Below are positions 31,502 to 43,164 of a stretch of 64,000 bases of DNA, piece after piece (within the stretch, counting starts at the first letter, position 1; each line of letters begins with the position of its first letter). The notes beneath the pieces are model-generated. The model did no database searches and was not told where the DNA came from. It saw nothing but the letters and a program-made list of their open reading frames with translations. The stretch is from an uncultured Methanosarcinales archaeon (GTDB lineage Archaea; Halobacteriota; Methanosarcinia; Methanotrichales; Methanotrichaceae): positions 160,001-224,000 of the forward strand of contig CAWJKV010000002.1 in NCBI GenBank assembly GCA_963843555.1, read 5' to 3'. A program made the translations under genes and the position numbers.

Positions 31502-31654
31502 TCAACAGCAACTGCAGCTTTTTTGAGTTAGAAGTTTTGGCCCCTCTCGCTCCAGACAATCACCGCATATTCTTATTCTGCCCCTTTTTTTGTGACTTAC
31601 TATGAAGAGGGAATCAGCTTCCTTATTGCATATTTCGCATTTCACAGTGCCCAT
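31502..31654 (-). CDS. Small zinc-ribbon protein with C-terminal CSCC
   Basis: CEIC...CGDC...KSCSCC; GGGGGTGA upstream; first gene of the arsR operon. Confidence 0.55.
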   Translation of the reverse strand: MGTVKCEICNKEADSLFIVSHKKRGRIRICGDCLEREGPKLLTQKSCSCC

Positions 31655-31765
31655 TGGCCATTCACCCCCTCTGATCCTCTCTGTGGCCCTGCTGGCAGTA
31701 TGCATTATTATCTCTGATCTTGCGTGCACATATCAGTCCCAACGGCAGGGTAATCCAGCTATCCA

Positions 31766-31783
31766 TATCCAGCTATTTCGATA
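31766..31783. promoter_or_regulatory. Candidate ArsR operator TATC(C/G)-N8-CGATA, copy 1
   Basis: tatcc-agctattt-cgata overlapping the TATA-like tatataag of the leftward operon. Confidence 0.55.
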
Positions 31784-31992
31784 TATAAGATTTTCCCGTC
31801 ATATAGTCAAATCCAATTACGACATCTGTCTTTAATTAAATATAATATACATTTTTCTCATAATTAGGTGACAGGAGAACCGAAATTAACAATTGAGAAC
31901 ATGTATGTTCGCCGAAATGATGTTAGATGCAAGGGATTCGAGCAAAAATTCTTCCTATGTAAGGCTATATAGATCAGAAGTCGAAAGACTTA

Positions 31993-32010
31993 TATCCATT
32001 AATGTCGATA
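31993..32010. promoter_or_regulatory. Candidate ArsR operator, copy 2
   Basis: tatcc-attaatgt-cgata overlapping gaaagacttatat (BRE/TATA-like) of the rightward operon. Confidence 0.55.
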
Positions 32011-32187
32011 TGCCAGTCCAGGCTTGCCCTATTGACGGGCAATTTCAAATGATGTGATCTGAAAAGAAATCAGTTAAGGCGACTTGAAAGCTTTAAGCAA
32101 GTGCTATTATCGGGGGGGCAATTCGCAGCCACAAACCTCATAATAGTATTTCGTCAAGACAAAAATGAAGCTAAAGGAGAGTGTATC

Positions 32188-32730
32188 ATGGATACAATCA
32201 AGAAAACATTTAGCGTAGCATCTTTGATTGCGGTATTCATTCTGGCATGCAGCGTTAACGTAATGGGTGCTGAATATTCTGTAGGACCGGGAAATGACAG
32301 CTGGTGGACAACATATCCTGATCAGTCCTCTGGGGCTGGCGGCGAGGTCAGCCATCCTACCTGGGTCTTGGACGCTCTGGAAAATAAGCCTGTGGTGATC
32401 TACGCTCACAAAGGCTGCAGCTACTGTAAACCTCAGACAGAAGCCATGGCAAAAATAGTTGACGATATAGGAAATGAATTCACATACTTCGACTTATCCG
32501 CGGACGGGAGCGATGCCAGATCGGAGGAAGCCCTGCGGGCATACGATCCCAACGGCGGCGGCATGTATGTGCCCTTGACCGTAATTGTAACTCTGGCTCC
32601 GAACTCGGAGGGAGAGGTCGTGCCGGTATGGCACAGCACTGATGAGGTCACGGGCGAAGACTGGATCAAGAAATATATCGAGGACGCATTAGTCTACTAT
32701 AACGAGAACTCCGCTGACTGGAATAAGTGA
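32188..32730 (+). CDS. Exported thioredoxin-family protein
   Basis: Signal peptide; KPVVIYAHKGCSYCKPQ; cis-Pro loop YVPLTVI. Confidence 0.8.
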   Translation: MDTIKKTFSVASLIAVFILACSVNVMGAEYSVGPGNDSWWTTYPDQSSGAGGEVSHPTWVLDALENKPVVIYAHKGCSYCKPQTEAMAKIVDDIGNEFTYFDLSADGSDARSEEALRAYDPNGGGMYVPLTVIVTLAPNSEGEVVPVWHSTDEVTGEDWIKKYIEDALVYYNENSADWNK

Positions 32731-32757
32731 AGGATGACCGGATAAGGAATAGCAGTC

Positions 32758-34155
32758 ATGTCTTCGAGGAGTAAAAGATCTCTGAATTTGGGGCCTATCA
32801 CCCTTTTTTTCGTCTTATGTTCCCTCTGCTTCTTGAGCTTGTCGACTGGTCTAGCAAAGGAGGCTAAAGCCCCTGATTTTCAGGCAGTGGACCTTGATGG
32901 AAAGAATGTCTCCCTGAGCGACTACCGTGGTGAGGTCGTCCTTCTGCACATCACCAATATTGAGAATCCTCTCTGCAGGGAGTGCGAGAACGCACTGAAC
33001 GCCCAGACCCGGGAGCTTTCCCTTTTAAAGCAGAAGGATCCCGGCATTAATATCATAACTCTCAATGTCCGGAAGAACCCATACTCAGACGACGGCCGGG
33101 CTCTGGCCGCTTTCTGGTGGAACATCAATGCAACCTGGCCCTGGATTGAGGACTTTGAGCCCTATCCTCTTACCGGCAAGTACATCGACTACTCTACCCT
33201 GGAGGGCGGCTTTGCCAACCCTACGCTGATCCTGATAGATAAAGAAGGAAATGTGACGGGTCTGTATCATGTCTTCCAGCTCGGCAAGGGCGAGATCGAC
33301 GGCATCCAGAGCGCTGATTCTCTTTACAGTGACCTGAAAAGCATGGAGAGCGATGAGGCTTCCGGATTTGCAGGAATCGCATCCAGCCAGGGCGTAAACT
33401 ACCTGGGCATGTTCGTCCTGGGCATTGTAACCTCGCTTTCGCCATGCTCCGTGGCCCTGCTCCTGGCGATGTTCTCCTATGTCATGACTGCCCGCCGGAA
33501 AGAGGAGTACCTCAAGAAGTCAGCAACGGCCTCCAAAGAGGGTTTCATGATCGGGGTGGCCTTTACTCTGGGTATGGCCTTGGTTTTCTTCGTGCTGGGG
33601 CTTTTTCTCGCAGACATCGGCGTCTTCATCCGACAGGCCCGCTTCTTTGACCTGGCAGCCGGCCTCTTGATGATCATCCTGGGAATAAATATTATCAAAC
33701 CCATAGGCGAGATCATTGAGCCGGTCAGGTCGCACTTCTCCTTCCGCAAAGCCGATCCGGATGACTCTCCAGTGCAGAAGAAGGGCATAATGGAGAGGCT
33801 GGTTCACTTCTCTATGGGCCTTTTCGAGTATTCGGCCTTCATTGGAGCTTTCACCCTGGGCGTCTTCTTCGCTCTGGGCTGGGCACCCTGCGCCGTGTCG
33901 CTGGTCTTCCCGGTGCTCATCTGGCTCATCTCCCAGGACGTGACACCCCTGGTCGGAGGCCTGATGCTCTTCGCCTTCGGATTGGGCCACGGCGTGCCTG
34001 TGATTCCCATTTCCACCTTCTCCAGGGCGGTGGGCGGGCAGATCGGTGAGAAGTACATCTATGCCGGAAAGTATGTGACCAAGATCTTCGGGGTGGCGGT
34101 GATTGTGATCGGGGTCGTATATGCGGTGAGGTACCTGGGATTCAAGATGTGGTGA
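32758..34155 (+). CDS. ccdA: Redoxin (CxxC) fused to a CcdA/DsbD-type transmembrane electron carrier
   Basis: APDFQAVDLDGKNVSLSDYRG, CREC; TM domain with SLSPC and WAPC. Confidence 0.85.
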   Translation: MSSRSKRSLNLGPITLFFVLCSLCFLSLSTGLAKEAKAPDFQAVDLDGKNVSLSDYRGEVVLLHITNIENPLCRECENALNAQTRELSLLKQKDPGINIITLNVRKNPYSDDGRALAAFWWNINATWPWIEDFEPYPLTGKYIDYSTLEGGFANPTLILIDKEGNVTGLYHVFQLGKGEIDGIQSADSLYSDLKSMESDEASGFAGIASSQGVNYLGMFVLGIVTSLSPCSVALLLAMFSYVMTARRKEEYLKKSATASKEGFMIGVAFTLGMALVFFVLGLFLADIGVFIRQARFFDLAAGLLMIILGINIIKPIGEIIEPVRSHFSFRKADPDDSPVQKKGIMERLVHFSMGLFEYSAFIGAFTLGVFFALGWAPCAVSLVFPVLIWLISQDVTPLVGGLMLFAFGLGHGVPVIPISTFSRAVGGQIGEKYIYAGKYVTKIFGVAVIVIGVVYAVRYLGFKMW

Positions 34156-34219
34156 GAGCGGAGAAAATATTTTTTATTTTTAAAATGGATACCACTTGAT
34201 AGCAAGCCATCGACATTTT

Positions 34220-34498
34220 TCATTCTCCAAGGCTCTCCCTGGCCAGCTCCCTCAGCCTCTGCAAAACGTCCCTTGCCCTCTGGACGCTGTCGCATTGAGA
34301 GAGGTCCTTGGGATTGCAGGAGGCCAGCAGGTCCATAGCTCTGTCCGCCAGCCGATTGCATCCTGAGTCCTCCAATCTCTGTAGCAGCAGGGCTGCACGG
34401 TGGTTGAACTCCCGGCACTCCGAGGACTGGGTGATCTTCTCGTGCATATTGCAGAGCGCCTCGATCTCCTGCAGGATTTCTCTTTCGTTCCGGCACAT
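34220..34498 (-). CDS. Hypothetical Cys-containing protein
   Basis: 92-aa ORF with GAGG upstream. Confidence 0.5.
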   Translation of the reverse strand: MCRNEREILQEIEALCNMHEKITQSSECREFNHRAALLLQRLEDSGCNRLADRAMDLLASCNPKDLSQCDSVQRARDVLQRLRELARESLGE

Positions 34499-34632
34499 CC
34501 TTGATCATCCTCTTCCTCTGCAAAAAGAGCACAGGAGGTTACAATATAGCTTCTGCCTGTAAGCTATAATCAAGCATCAAAGCACTTCAAAATACTTTTC
34601 CCGAGAATTGGCTCGAATCCAGTCACTGCATT

Positions 34633-36301
34633 TCACAGATACGCTTCCGTCACATACCTGCGCATCATCCGGTGGCTGTTGAAGAAAGATGCAACCATTC
34701 CAATGGAGTTATTCATCATCCGGATCCATTCGTCTCTCCTGTGATAGAACATGGGGATAATTATATGCTCCAGCTTGCCATAAAAATCCTCAAGTTCCCT
34801 ATTCCGGGCCTCTTCATAGGAGACCTTTTCTCCAGGCTCCGGCCCGATAGACCAGCCCGTCACTCCTTCTATCCAGCCTTCGATCCACCAGCCATCCAGG
34901 ACCCCGAAATTGATCACACCGTTGTGCGCCGCTTTCATGCCGCTTGTGCCCGAGGCCTCCTGAGGTGGTAATGGAGTATTTAGCCAGACGTCTACTCCGG
35001 AAACCATTTTAAGAGCCAGATCCATATCATAGTTCTGAAGATATGCAACCCGGATCTCATCCTTCAGAGTTCTTTTAATTTCAAAGACCTTTTCGATTGC
35101 CTTCTTCCCTTTTTCGTCTCTGGGATGGGCTTTTCCTGCCATCACAACCTGGATACGGCCTTTGTGGTTAACCTTCCTGAGCCTTTCCAGGTCCGAGAAG
35201 ATAAATGTGGTTCTCTTATACTCGGCTGCTCTTCTGGCAAATCCTATGGTCAAGGATTCGTAGTCCATATCCACGTTCGTCTCTTTGTTTACATAGTCGA
35301 TCAGAGTTCTCTTTGCATTCATGTGTGCTTCCCAGATATCTCCATCCGGGCTGTTGTCGACCCGGAGAAGCATCTCGGGCTCATTGGCCCAACCAGGCAT
35401 GTATTCATCGAAGATCTTTTGGAAGTAAGGGCAGGTCCAGGTGAAAGAATGAACGCCGTTGGTAATGGAATGGATCTCATAACCGGGGAACATCTGCATT
35501 GATGTCGCCCTATGCCTCTTCGCAACACCGTTTATGTAATTGGATAGGTTCAGTGCCAGATGAGTCATATTCAGGCTGTCGACCCCTCCGAACTTTTTTA
35601 GAACACTGGCATCTATAAAATCTCCCATCAGGTCATCGACCAAGTGCATAATCGAACTTATCATGGCCAGCTTCCACAGGCGTATGGGTGGTGAATACGC
35701 ATAGCTCTTTGACGGCCTCTGTGTCCATTGCATGTCTCTTTAATAGTTCCAGCGTCAGCAGGCCGGATTGCCCTTCATTCATGTGATACTTCCTGATCTC
35801 AAAACCTAAGGAATCGAGAATCCGGACACCGCCGATTCCGAGGATTATCTCTTGCTTCAACCTGTAACTCTCATCTCCTCCGTAGAGATAATGGGTAATC
35901 GTTCTATCATCAGGGCTGTTTCCTTCCAGGTCTGTATCCAGGAAAAGCACGGGAACCTCTCCGCCAGTAGGGCTTTGCAGATTGTATTGCCAGGCACCAA
36001 CCTTGACGTCCCTATTTTGGATCTGCACCGTTGCCTCAGCCTGCAATTTCACCAGAAAGTCCGAAGGATTCCATTCTATCGAATGCTCAATCTGTTTTCC
36101 ACTCGAATCAAGTTCCTGGCGAAAATACCCGCGTCTGCTAATGAGGGTGAGAGCAACCAGGGGAAGATTCAGGTCGGCACTCGACTTTATGACGTCACCG
36201 GCTAAAATTCCCAGTCCGCCGGAGTAGGTGGGAATATCTCTTAACAAACCTATCTCCATGGAGAAATAGGCAATCTTCTTCTTCCTCAGGATACCCGTCA
36301 T
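34633..36301 (-). CDS. glgP: Alpha-glucan (glycogen/starch) phosphorylase, frameshift near 35640
   Basis: YFSMEIG, YSGGLGILAGD, HMNEG, FTTHTP, ITNGVH, GKAHP, EASGTSGMKA. Confidence 0.92.
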
Positions 36302-36548
36302 AAATGGAGATGGCTTGAGGATTTTACCCGTCTTGCTGAAAATTTATACATATATATCACGGAAGATAAATGGGCTTAATTCATTAAAGCCTTTTCCATC
36401 GCTGTTCCTCGGGATTGCAGGCGAACAGGGGGTCCATCGTCCTATCCGCCAGCCGATAGTACCCAGAGTCTTCCAATCTTACATAACAATCAAAATGCTG
36501 ATCTATTATGAAGAACATTAAGAGTATAAGATGACATCAACTGCGAAG

Positions 36549-36994
36549 ATGGGGATAAGGAGAAGGTTCTCTTTCTCTGCACTCACAACTCCGCTCGCTC
36601 CCAGATGGCCGAAGGCCTCTTGCGGGCCATGTACGGTGATCGATACGAGGCATACAGCGCTGGCGTTGAGGCCACATCTGTCGATCCTCGCGCCGTGCAG
36701 GTCATGCTGGAAATCGGCATCGATATCTCAGGTCAGCGATCCAAGTCTTCATTGGAATTTCAGGATACGGTATTCGATCTGGCGGTCACTGTCTGCGACC
36801 GGGCCAAACAGGCCTGCCCGATCTGCAGCACAGAGCTTGAGCTTCCTGCCAAATCTCCCAAAGCAAGAGAAGTCATTCACAGAAGCTTCGAGGACCCTGC
36901 CCTGGCCACAGGCTCTGCGGAGGAGCAGCTCGAGGTCTTCCGACGAGTCAGAGACGAGATAAAAGACTGGATCTCCCAGAATTTGGGGAGATAA
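36549..36994 (+). CDS. arsC: Thioredoxin-dependent arsenate reductase (LMW-PTP fold), homopolymer frameshift at the 5' end
   Basis: KVLFLCTHNSARSQMAEG in the corrected frame; VTVCD..KQACP; FEDP. Confidence 0.88.
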
Positions 36995-37054
36995 TGCCAG
37001 GGTTGGAGGCTTTTTGTCGCCGAGCAGGACAGGATGGAATAGCCATCAGCTTTT

Positions 37055-37393
37055 TTATTTATTGTCTTCAATCTCCTTTTTATCCATCTGTTTCAATTCC
37101 AGGTTAAGGGAATAGCCAACCACAGTCCTGATAGCAACTATTATCCCCAAGATTATTACTTCATCCAGGCTGGGCGTAAGGATGCTCTTTATTAAATCGC
37201 CTGCAATAAAAAATTCCAGGCCCATCATGATTTGGGATGTGAAATCTATCCTAACTGCATTGTAATCGAGTTTTTTCCTGCCAATTCCACTCAGGACTTT
37301 AATTATCGCCCATATGCCACCAAATATGATGACTGCAGCACCAAATGAGGACAGAAAGAGAGCTACTCCATCAACGATTGTCTTGTAATCCAT
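37055..37393 (-). CDS. DUF1622 membrane protein
   Basis: GLEFFIAGDLIKSILTPS...IVAIRTV. Confidence 0.8.
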   Translation of the reverse strand: MDYKTIVDGVALFLSSFGAAVIIFGGIWAIIKVLSGIGRKKLDYNAVRIDFTSQIMMGLEFFIAGDLIKSILTPSLDEVIILGIIVAIRTVVGYSLNLELKQMDKKEIEDNK

Positions 37394-37776
37394 CGCCCTT
37401 AATTAGCATGCAAAAAGACTTAAGAGTTTTGTATTGTGCTTAATTTGAATGGGATAGAGTGCATACATATTATGCTTAGGAATAGACTAGATCGATAAGC
37501 GCAGTCTCCATGCGGGGCACTCGCATGCCCTGCTGCTTGCCGTAGGTACGCTGATGCGGTTTGATTCCGGAGATCCTCCTGAGTTTTTTTGTATCCTGAA
37601 AGGTTTAGTACATGCCATAATTCCCGTGCTGCGTCCTCCGACATTGACAAGTCGCAGGCCAGCGATGCGCTTTCCGCAGCAGCCATAACTCGGAAAATTA
37701 GTCCATGAATTTCATGCGGAATTTATATACAGTTTCACATTGATAATAGTAACAGTATCAAAAGGAGCTATCTGCA

Positions 37777-38560
37777 ATGGGACGAGTAGAAGGCAAAGTG
37801 GCCATAGTCACAGGATCGACCTATGGAATAGGCGAGGCCATAGCCAGGATTCTGGCCAGAGAAGGTGCTGTGTCCATAATCACTGGCCGGAGCCAGGAAG
37901 AAGGAAAGAAAGTCGTCGAGGAGATCACTGAGTGCTGGAGGCAGGGCTGAGTACTATCCGTTGGATGTAACCGATGAGAAGAGAATTGAGGACGTAACCA
38001 AAGCCGTTTACGAAAAATACGGCAGAATCGATATCCTGGTGAACAATGCAGGCGTAGCAGGTCCCAACAAGCCCACACATGAGTATACCCGTGCTGAATG
38101 GGAATGGGTCTTTGATGTGAATGTTACCGGTGCCTTTCTCTGCACCAAGTATGCAGTGCCTTATATGCAAAAGCAGAAGAGCGGAAATATTGTCTACATG
38201 TCCTCTATCTACGGCATCATCGGCGCTCCTGATCTTCCTGCCTATCATGCCACCAAGGCCGCCAACAGGGTCATGGCCAAGATCGATGCCCTGCTTTATG
38301 CGAAGGACAATATCCGCGTCAACTCAGTTCATCCCGGATTCATCTGGACTCCTCTGGTCGAGAATTTCCTCCAGGAGCAGTCTGCGAAGTCGGGGATAAG
38401 CTGCGAGGAGCTGAAAAAGCAGCTGGACTCCAAGCATCCCATAGGCCACATCGGGGAGCCGGACGATATCGCTTATGGCGTGCTTTACCTGGTATCGGAT
38501 GAGGCCAAATTTGTGACGGGGACGGAGCTGATCATCGACGGTGGTTACACCGCTACCTGA
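37777..38560 (+). CDS. Short-chain dehydrogenase/reductase, frameshift near 37930
   Basis: [38 protein letters not shown]. Confidence 0.9.
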
Positions 38561-38603
38561 TCTCTTTTGATGCAATAAAATAGACCGGTGAGGCCATCCG
38601 GCC

Positions 38604-40123
38604 TTAACCGGTCACCTCTATATCCAGGACATCTGCAAAGGTTTTCAAGCTGCCAGATGCAGTCGCCGCTATGCTTACTGTGTAGGTCCCGGGTGCCACA
38701 TTGGCATTCCAGATCCCCATATATTGGTATGCAGAGGTGCGCAGCAGGCTCGTCCTTGCTATCTCGGAACCGTCAGGGGCGTTTATGATGGCGGTGCAGC
38801 GCAAGGCGCTATCGACAGCCTGCGACCCGCCGGACTGCGATGTCCTGCCGGATGAGCCCAACTGGACAATCCCAGAATCGTTCCCGGAGGCGCCGGAGGC
38901 ACCAGGGGTGCCGAGAGCGAATCCCTCAAATCCGCAGGTTGCGCATCCTTTGATTGTGAGCTTGACCTCTCCGTTTTGCGATGAATTCCCGGCAGCGTTA
39001 GTCTGCACCTCCTGGAAAGATGCCGTTATAGTCGTAGCTGAGCCAGACCTTACTGGGTTGGGCTGGGCCTCAACATTCTCCAGCTCGAATTTGAATTTGG
39101 GCTGATTTTCAACCCAGTCTCGCCAGGAATACAGTCTGCCATCATATCCGCTGAGATTTAAGGCAAACCAGACCAGCGAGGCCTCGACTCCTATATTGGT
39201 ATAAACCACCACAGGCTGGTCCTTCTTCAGTCCGGTGAAGACCTTCTGCAGATCCTCCTGCGGCTTTATACTCTCATTCTCCAGCACATTCTCGTAAGGA
39301 ATGTTTATGGCTCCTGGAATAGACCCCATTCCATAGTCCCTGGCAGACCTCGCATCAACGATCTGAGCCCCTCCGTTAACGACATAGTCAAAGGTAGCGA
39401 GAAGCTTCAGTATTGAGCTGGGGAGTATAGTTCGTCTTCGGCCTTGTGGCAGACTTATTGCTGGTGTTTAGCCCGGCTGCCGTCCAGTCATCGATGCTGC
39501 CATCCAGAACTCTTACCTTTTCATGCCCCAGGTAATTGAGCAGCCAGTAGGTGAAGATAGCAGGGGAAGGCCCGCCACCACAGGGAAGACACTCACCTGC
39601 GATCACCAGGGAGTCGTTGCTGGATATGCCTGCTTCGCCCAGCAACGTGGCCATCTCTGAGACGGACTTGAACTGACCGCCTTCGCCCATAAATTCCTCG
39701 TAATTGATATTAACAGCGCCTTCAATGTATCTGGCAGCGCTGGGGCTGATGTCGAGCACAATGTCGTCAGAGGAGACCTCCGTGGGAGATGCGAGCACCT
39801 CGGCGAACTTGCCCGTTCGCATCTTTGAGGCATTGTTCTGAACCGGATCGCCTGCATCAGGGAGCGGTGCAGAAATCGATGCAGGGGTCGCATTCTGCGT
39901 CTTCAGAATCGTCTCTTGGTTCCGAGGCTGTGTTTCTTGTTGCTGCTCTTGCTGTTCTTGCTCATAGACGGCCTTCTTAGCCTGCCATCCGTCCAGATCG
40001 GTCCAGTCGGGACAGGTGGGGCAGAATTCGCCTGTTTCCGTACCAGCCAAAACGAGCGCAGCTCAAGACCAAACTATGCACAAGGATGGAAATGATACCG
40101 TAAATGAGCATCATCTTCGTCAT
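38604..40123 (-). CDS. Exported tandem rhodanese-fold protein with three CxxC motifs and a C-terminal extension; frameshifts near 40050 and 39400
   Basis: Signal; FCPTCP; GECLPCGGG; VVVYTNIG (no Cys); KGCATCG. Confidence 0.75.
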
Positions 40124-40218
40124 GGCAGCGAATCCCTTTCGTTCCGCTCGGCAGGAATCGGGTTTTACTATCATTCTTTTCTCCACAGAGGCCTTCATAC
40201 ACTTCTCTTTACCTGTTC

Positions 40219-41316
40219 CTAATCGCCTTTGGGTGGTTGATTCTCTACCCAATCCTGGTAGTTGTAGAGCCTGGCATCATAGCCCATCATCTCCAGGGCG
40301 AACCAGACCACAGAGGCTTTCATTCCAGTGCTGGTAAAGACAACTACCGGCTGGTCTTTGTCCAGAATCATGAAAACCTTATTCAGCTGGTCCTCGCCTT
40401 TGATCTTTTTCCCGTTCAGCACGCTGGTATAGGGTATGCTGATCGATCCCGGTATGCTTCCGGACCCAAACTCCTGCAAAGTCCTGGCGTCCACGATCTG
40501 CGCCTGGCCGCTCTTTACGAACTCATAAGTTGCCGTGTAATTTGCCGTTTCTGAGGGAGTGTAGACTTTGCTGGGGAGTATCTGGGCGTCTTTCGTGGTG
40601 TCACGTCCCGTTGCCTCCCAATCTTCAGCCGTTCCATCCAGGACCATAACCTTCTCATGACCCAGACTCTTCATCATCCGGTAGATGTAAGTCGCAACAG
40701 ACGGGCCTCCTCCGCAAGGCAGGCATTCGCCGTAGATCACAACTTTATCATCCTGAGAGATTCCGGCATCTCCAAGGATCTTAGTGATTTCAGGCACGGG
40801 TTTCAAAACTCCCGCCTGCACATCAAACTCCATATAAGGTATGACCACTGATCCAGCAATATGCGCGCTGGAGTTCTCGCTCACGTCCAGCAGAATATCA
40901 CCATCTGTGACCGCGTCCAATGGAGCGAGAATCGTTTTTGCCTCAGGGCTGCGTACTTTGCTCGCAGGATCCTCTGCAGCCTTTACAGGTATGGCTTTCT
41001 GAGCAGGCGCTTCAGCCTTCTCAGGGGTCTCAGAGGCCGTGTTCTCTTCATCCTCCGAGCCGGAGTCATTCATGTTCCATCTCATCTGCCTCGATTTCTC
41101 CGGCCACTTGACTCCGGCCTGCTGCTGGCTGTTAGTGGTTGGTTTTCCTATCTCATCCAGCTTGGCCATGGGGTCCCAGTCGCCACCGTCGTCACAACCA
41201 CCGCCCAGGGATGCACATTCAGCTCCGGCATATGCGCTTTGTGTAAGGGCCATGACCGCCAATAAGGTCCCGCAGACTATGCAAATCAGCATCAGCTTTG
41301 ATTTCAATAAATTCAT
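40219..41316 (-). CDS. Exported tandem rhodanese-fold protein with CxxC
   Basis: Signal; ECASLGGGC; GECLPCGGG; IVDART, SIPGS; VVVFTSTG (no Cys). Confidence 0.8.
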   Translation of the reverse strand: MNLLKSKLMLICIVCGTLLAVMALTQSAYAGAECASLGGGCDDGGDWDPMAKLDEIGKPTTNSQQQAGVKWPEKSRQMRWNMNDSGSEDEENTASETPEKAEAPAQKAIPVKAAEDPASKVRSPEAKTILAPLDAVTDGDILLDVSENSSAHIAGSVVIPYMEFDVQAGVLKPVPEITKILGDAGISQDDKVVIYGECLPCGGGPSVATYIYRMMKSLGHEKVMVLDGTAEDWEATGRDTTKDAQILPSKVYTPSETANYTATYEFVKSGQAQIVDARTLQEFGSGSIPGSISIPYTSVLNGKKIKGEDQLNKVFMILDKDQPVVVFTSTGMKASVVWFALEMMGYDARLYNYQDWVENQPPKGD

Positions 41317-41339
41317 TTCATTCCACCAGTATTTAATCC

Positions 41340-41576
41340 TCATTTCTTGAGCATCTTCTTGATCTCTTCCACAGTGCCGGTTTTTCCAACCATTTTGGAC
41401 TCGCCGTCAATGAAGAGCGCCGGAGTCATCATTACGCCCCGGTTCATGATCTCCTGGATGCTGTCCACTTTGACGATCTCTGCCTGAGTGCCAGACTCAG
41501 AGACTGCTTTCTCCACGTTCTTCAAGAGGCTCTTGCACTTGGCGCAGCCTGTTCCCAGCACTTCGATCTTCACCAT
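41340..41576 (-). CDS. Small redox-active disulfide protein (MTH895-like thioredoxin)
   Basis: IEVLGTGCAKC...GVMMTPAL. Confidence 0.9.
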   Translation of the reverse strand: MVKIEVLGTGCAKCKSLLKNVEKAVSESGTQAEIVKVDSIQEIMNRGVMMTPALFIDGESKMVGKTGTVEEIKKMLKK

Positions 41577-41674
41577 TTCTCCATCACCCGAATCTTTTGT
41601 CGGTATCGTTCAGTATATCGCATTGTTCGTGCTCTTTATTCTATTCTATATATTAGCTTCACCTAAACAATAGC

Positions 41675-42753
41675 TCAGACAATTGCTCCATATATCATGC
41701 CGGCCAGGGTCGACATTATGACAACCAGAACTATGTACACGCCGCCTTTCTTCAGACCAATTACTCTGGTGATCACTATCATGCTGGGCAGGCTCAAAGA
41801 CGGCCCGGCAAGCAAGAGCGATAGCGCGGGGCCGGCGGCGGTATCGCCGGTGCTGTAGCCGAAGAGAGTTCCCACAATGGGGACCTCCAGCAGCGTGGGC
41901 ATGTAGAGCAGAGCGCCTATGACCGAGGCCAAAAAGCAGGACGAAAAGCTGCTGGTGCCAAAGACGGCGCGAATCCATTCCATGGGCATGAAGTAACCGA
42001 TAACGCCGGTGAGGAATGTGCCCACTACCAGCAAGGGAAAGATCTTCTTGGTCAGCCACCAGGTCTCGGATAGGAACTCATCTCTCTCTTCGGGCAGGTA
42101 GTAGGTCTTCATCAGGAAAACGGCTGATAATACCAGTGCTCCTACGATTATCGATTTAGGCAATAATGCGAAGAAGCTGGTTGTGGCCACGAGCAATATG
42201 GCCACCAGGATGGCCATGAATAAGCCTGTGATATAGCCGGGACGGCTCTTCGACTCGGAGTTGGAATCTATCTGGGGGGTTGCAGCGGGTTCGATTCACA
42301 TTTTTTTTCAGATTTCTGGAATATGGCAGCCATGATGAGGCCGATGACGACAGCCATGGTGACCGCCGCTACTGCCCTGGCTATACCCAGATCCAGGCCC
42401 AAGACCCGTGCCGTGAGTATTATGGCCATGATGTTGATGGCTGGACCCGAGAAGAGAAAGGCCGTGGCCGGGCCGATTCCTGCGCCTCTCTTTTCTATTC
42501 CTGCAAACATGGGCAGGATGGTGCAGCTGCATACAGCCAGGATCGTTCCTGAAGTGGCAGCCACGCTGTAGCAGAGCCATTTGGGCGCGTCAGCTCCGAA
42601 ATATTTGAGCACCGTCTCCTTATGCAGGAGTGTGGAAATGGCGCCGGCTATGAAGAATGCGGGAATCAGGCAGGTCAAAACGTGGGCCGATAGATATTCC
42701 AGCAATGTTGCGAAGCCTGCTTGCAGAGCCGCCATAATTGTGTATGTAACCAT
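41675..42753 (-). CDS. arsP: ArsP/DUF318 permease, frameshift near 42290
   Basis: HVLTCLIPAFFIAG, AVCSCTILP, FLFSGPAIN, YMPTLLEVP, LLLAGPSLSLP. Confidence 0.85.
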
Positions 42754-42767
42754 TTGAAGATCAGCAC

Positions 42768-43130
42768 CTATGGAAGTTGCGCCGAGAATTGAGTATTGCT
42801 GAGGGATTTTTCCAGAATCTTTCCGGCTTCATTAAGCTGGGATATCTGCCTCAGAGCCAGTACATCCACCATTCTGATCAGATCAAATACCTGGGGATCT
42901 TTTATTCTGTAGATGGTCCTCTTGCCGTCTATCTTTCTTTCCAGGATGCCTGCTTCGTGGAGGATGTTGAGATGTTTGGATATGGTGGATTGAGATCTCT
43001 GAAAGGCAGGGATGATCTCGCAGACGCAACGCTCTCCCTGGGAGAGATATTCCAACAGCTCCAGCCTGGTGGGATCTGAAAGTGCATCAAGGATCTTGAT
43101 TCGTAGATCCGAGACAGATTTTTGGGTCAT
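42768..43130 (-). CDS. arsR: ArsR/SmtB metalloregulator
   Basis: ALSDPTRLEL, ERCVCEI, SQSTISKHL. Confidence 0.9.
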   Translation of the reverse strand: MTQKSVSDLRIKILDALSDPTRLELLEYLSQGERCVCEIIPAFQRSQSTISKHLNILHEAGILERKIDGKRTIYRIKDPQVFDLIRMVDVLALRQISQLNEAGKILEKSLSNTQFSAQLP

Positions 43131-43164
43131 GGTGAGAGATACTCTACATATCTACATATAAACC

